Origin: Auanema rhodensis
Taxonomy: Eukaryota; Animalia; Nematoda
Reading direction: 5' to 3'
DNA length: 60,137 nt
Assembly: GCA_964057225.1 (NCBI GenBank)
Contig: CAXKVF010000103.1
Span: forward strand, 1-60,137
The translations under genes and the position numbers were made by a program. Under the pieces are notes generated by a model, which had not been told where the DNA came from, did no database searches, and was given only the letters and a program-made list of their open reading frames with translations. Positions 59,301 through 60,137 of the stretch are shown piece after piece; the first letter of the stretch is position 1, and each line of letters starts with the position of its first letter.

Positions 59301-60137
59301 CCAAGTGCACATCACGTGTACATTTAATTAGCATAAATTAAAGTTCACGTAAATTTCAAAGTCATGGTTACCATGCACCAATATCAATAAAAATTTGTTT
59401 TTAGACTAATATGGACATGGGGAATCTAATTTTGAAAACCGCATCTCTTTATCTTTCACGTGAAGCGAGTTACATACCAAGTGCACATCACGTGTACATT
59501 TAATTAGCATAAATTAAAGTTCACGTAAATTTCAAAGTCATGGTTACCATGAACCAATATCAATAAAAATTTGTTTTTAGACTAATATGGACATGGGGAA
59601 TCTAATTTTGAAAACCGCATCTCTTTATCTTTCACGTGAAGCGAGTTACATACCAAGTGCACATCACGTGTACATTTAATTAGCATAAATTAAAGTTCAC
59701 GTAAATTTCAAAGTCATGGTTACCATGAACCAATATCAATAAAAATTTGTTTTTAGACTAATATGGACATGGGGAATCTAATTTTGAAAACCGCATCTCT
59801 TTATCTTTCACGTGAAGCGAGTTACATACCAAGTGCCCATCACGTGTACATTTAATTAGCATAAATTAAAGTTCACGTAAATTTCAAAGTCATGGTTACC
59901 ATGCACCAATATCAATAAAAATTTGTTTTTAGACTAATATGGACATGGGGAATCTAATTTTGAAAACCGCATCTCCTTATCTTTCACGTGAAGCGAGTTA
60001 CATACCAAGTGCACATCACGTGTACATTTAATTAGCATAAATTAAAGTTCACGTAAATTTCAAAGTCATGGTTACCATGCACCAATATCAATAAAAATTT
60101 GTTTTTAGACTAATATGGACATGGGGAATCTAATTTT

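Larger units (their letters stand above)
13239..60137 (-). repeat. Same 176-bp satellite, reverse-oriented block (about 266 monomers)
   Basis: Reverse complement of the same monomer (…AAAGTCATGGTTACCATGCACCAATATCAATAAAAATTTG…) in uninterrupted tandem to the end of the window, with no non-satellite insertion seen. Confidence 0.99.

Noticed and set aside
1-60137. Protein-coding repeat or ORFs
   Set aside because: The 176-bp period is not a multiple of 3 and both strands are dense in TAA/TGA/TAG. No long ORF is evident.
1-60137. CRISPR-like array or information-bearing variant code
   Set aside because: There are no unique spacers, leader or cas genes. Variant order is explained by block duplications of 176-bp units.
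1-60137. Rolling-circle concatemer of a single 176-bp circle
   Set aside because: Monomers carry ordered substitutions shared between distant blocks, which a single template would not produce.

Overview
The whole 60,137-bp window is one AT-rich (about 32% GC) tandem satellite with a 176-bp monomer and about 341 near-identical copies. It looks eukaryotic and centromere/heterochromatin-like; I cannot assign the family or organism. I found no genes, RNA genes, CRISPR arrays or transposons. The array reads + from 1 to 13238 and flips to - at 13239 through a perfect zero-spacer fold-back (…TTTATG|CATAAA…). The left 13.2 kb is a variant-for-variant mirror of 13239 to about 26471. Unmirrored homopolymer indels cluster in the first 17 kb, so a fold-back read or assembly artefact is at least as likely as a real giant palindrome or hairpin end. 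Other structure: a rearranged 171-bp monomer (53-bp microhomology deletion offset by a 48-bp duplication, 3 copies), nested block duplications at offsets of 4, 6, 7, 9, 10, 19, 51, 76 and about 131 monomers, regional variant domains, and a monomer rich in dyads and E-boxes. All positions were read by eye, and block boundaries are approximate.
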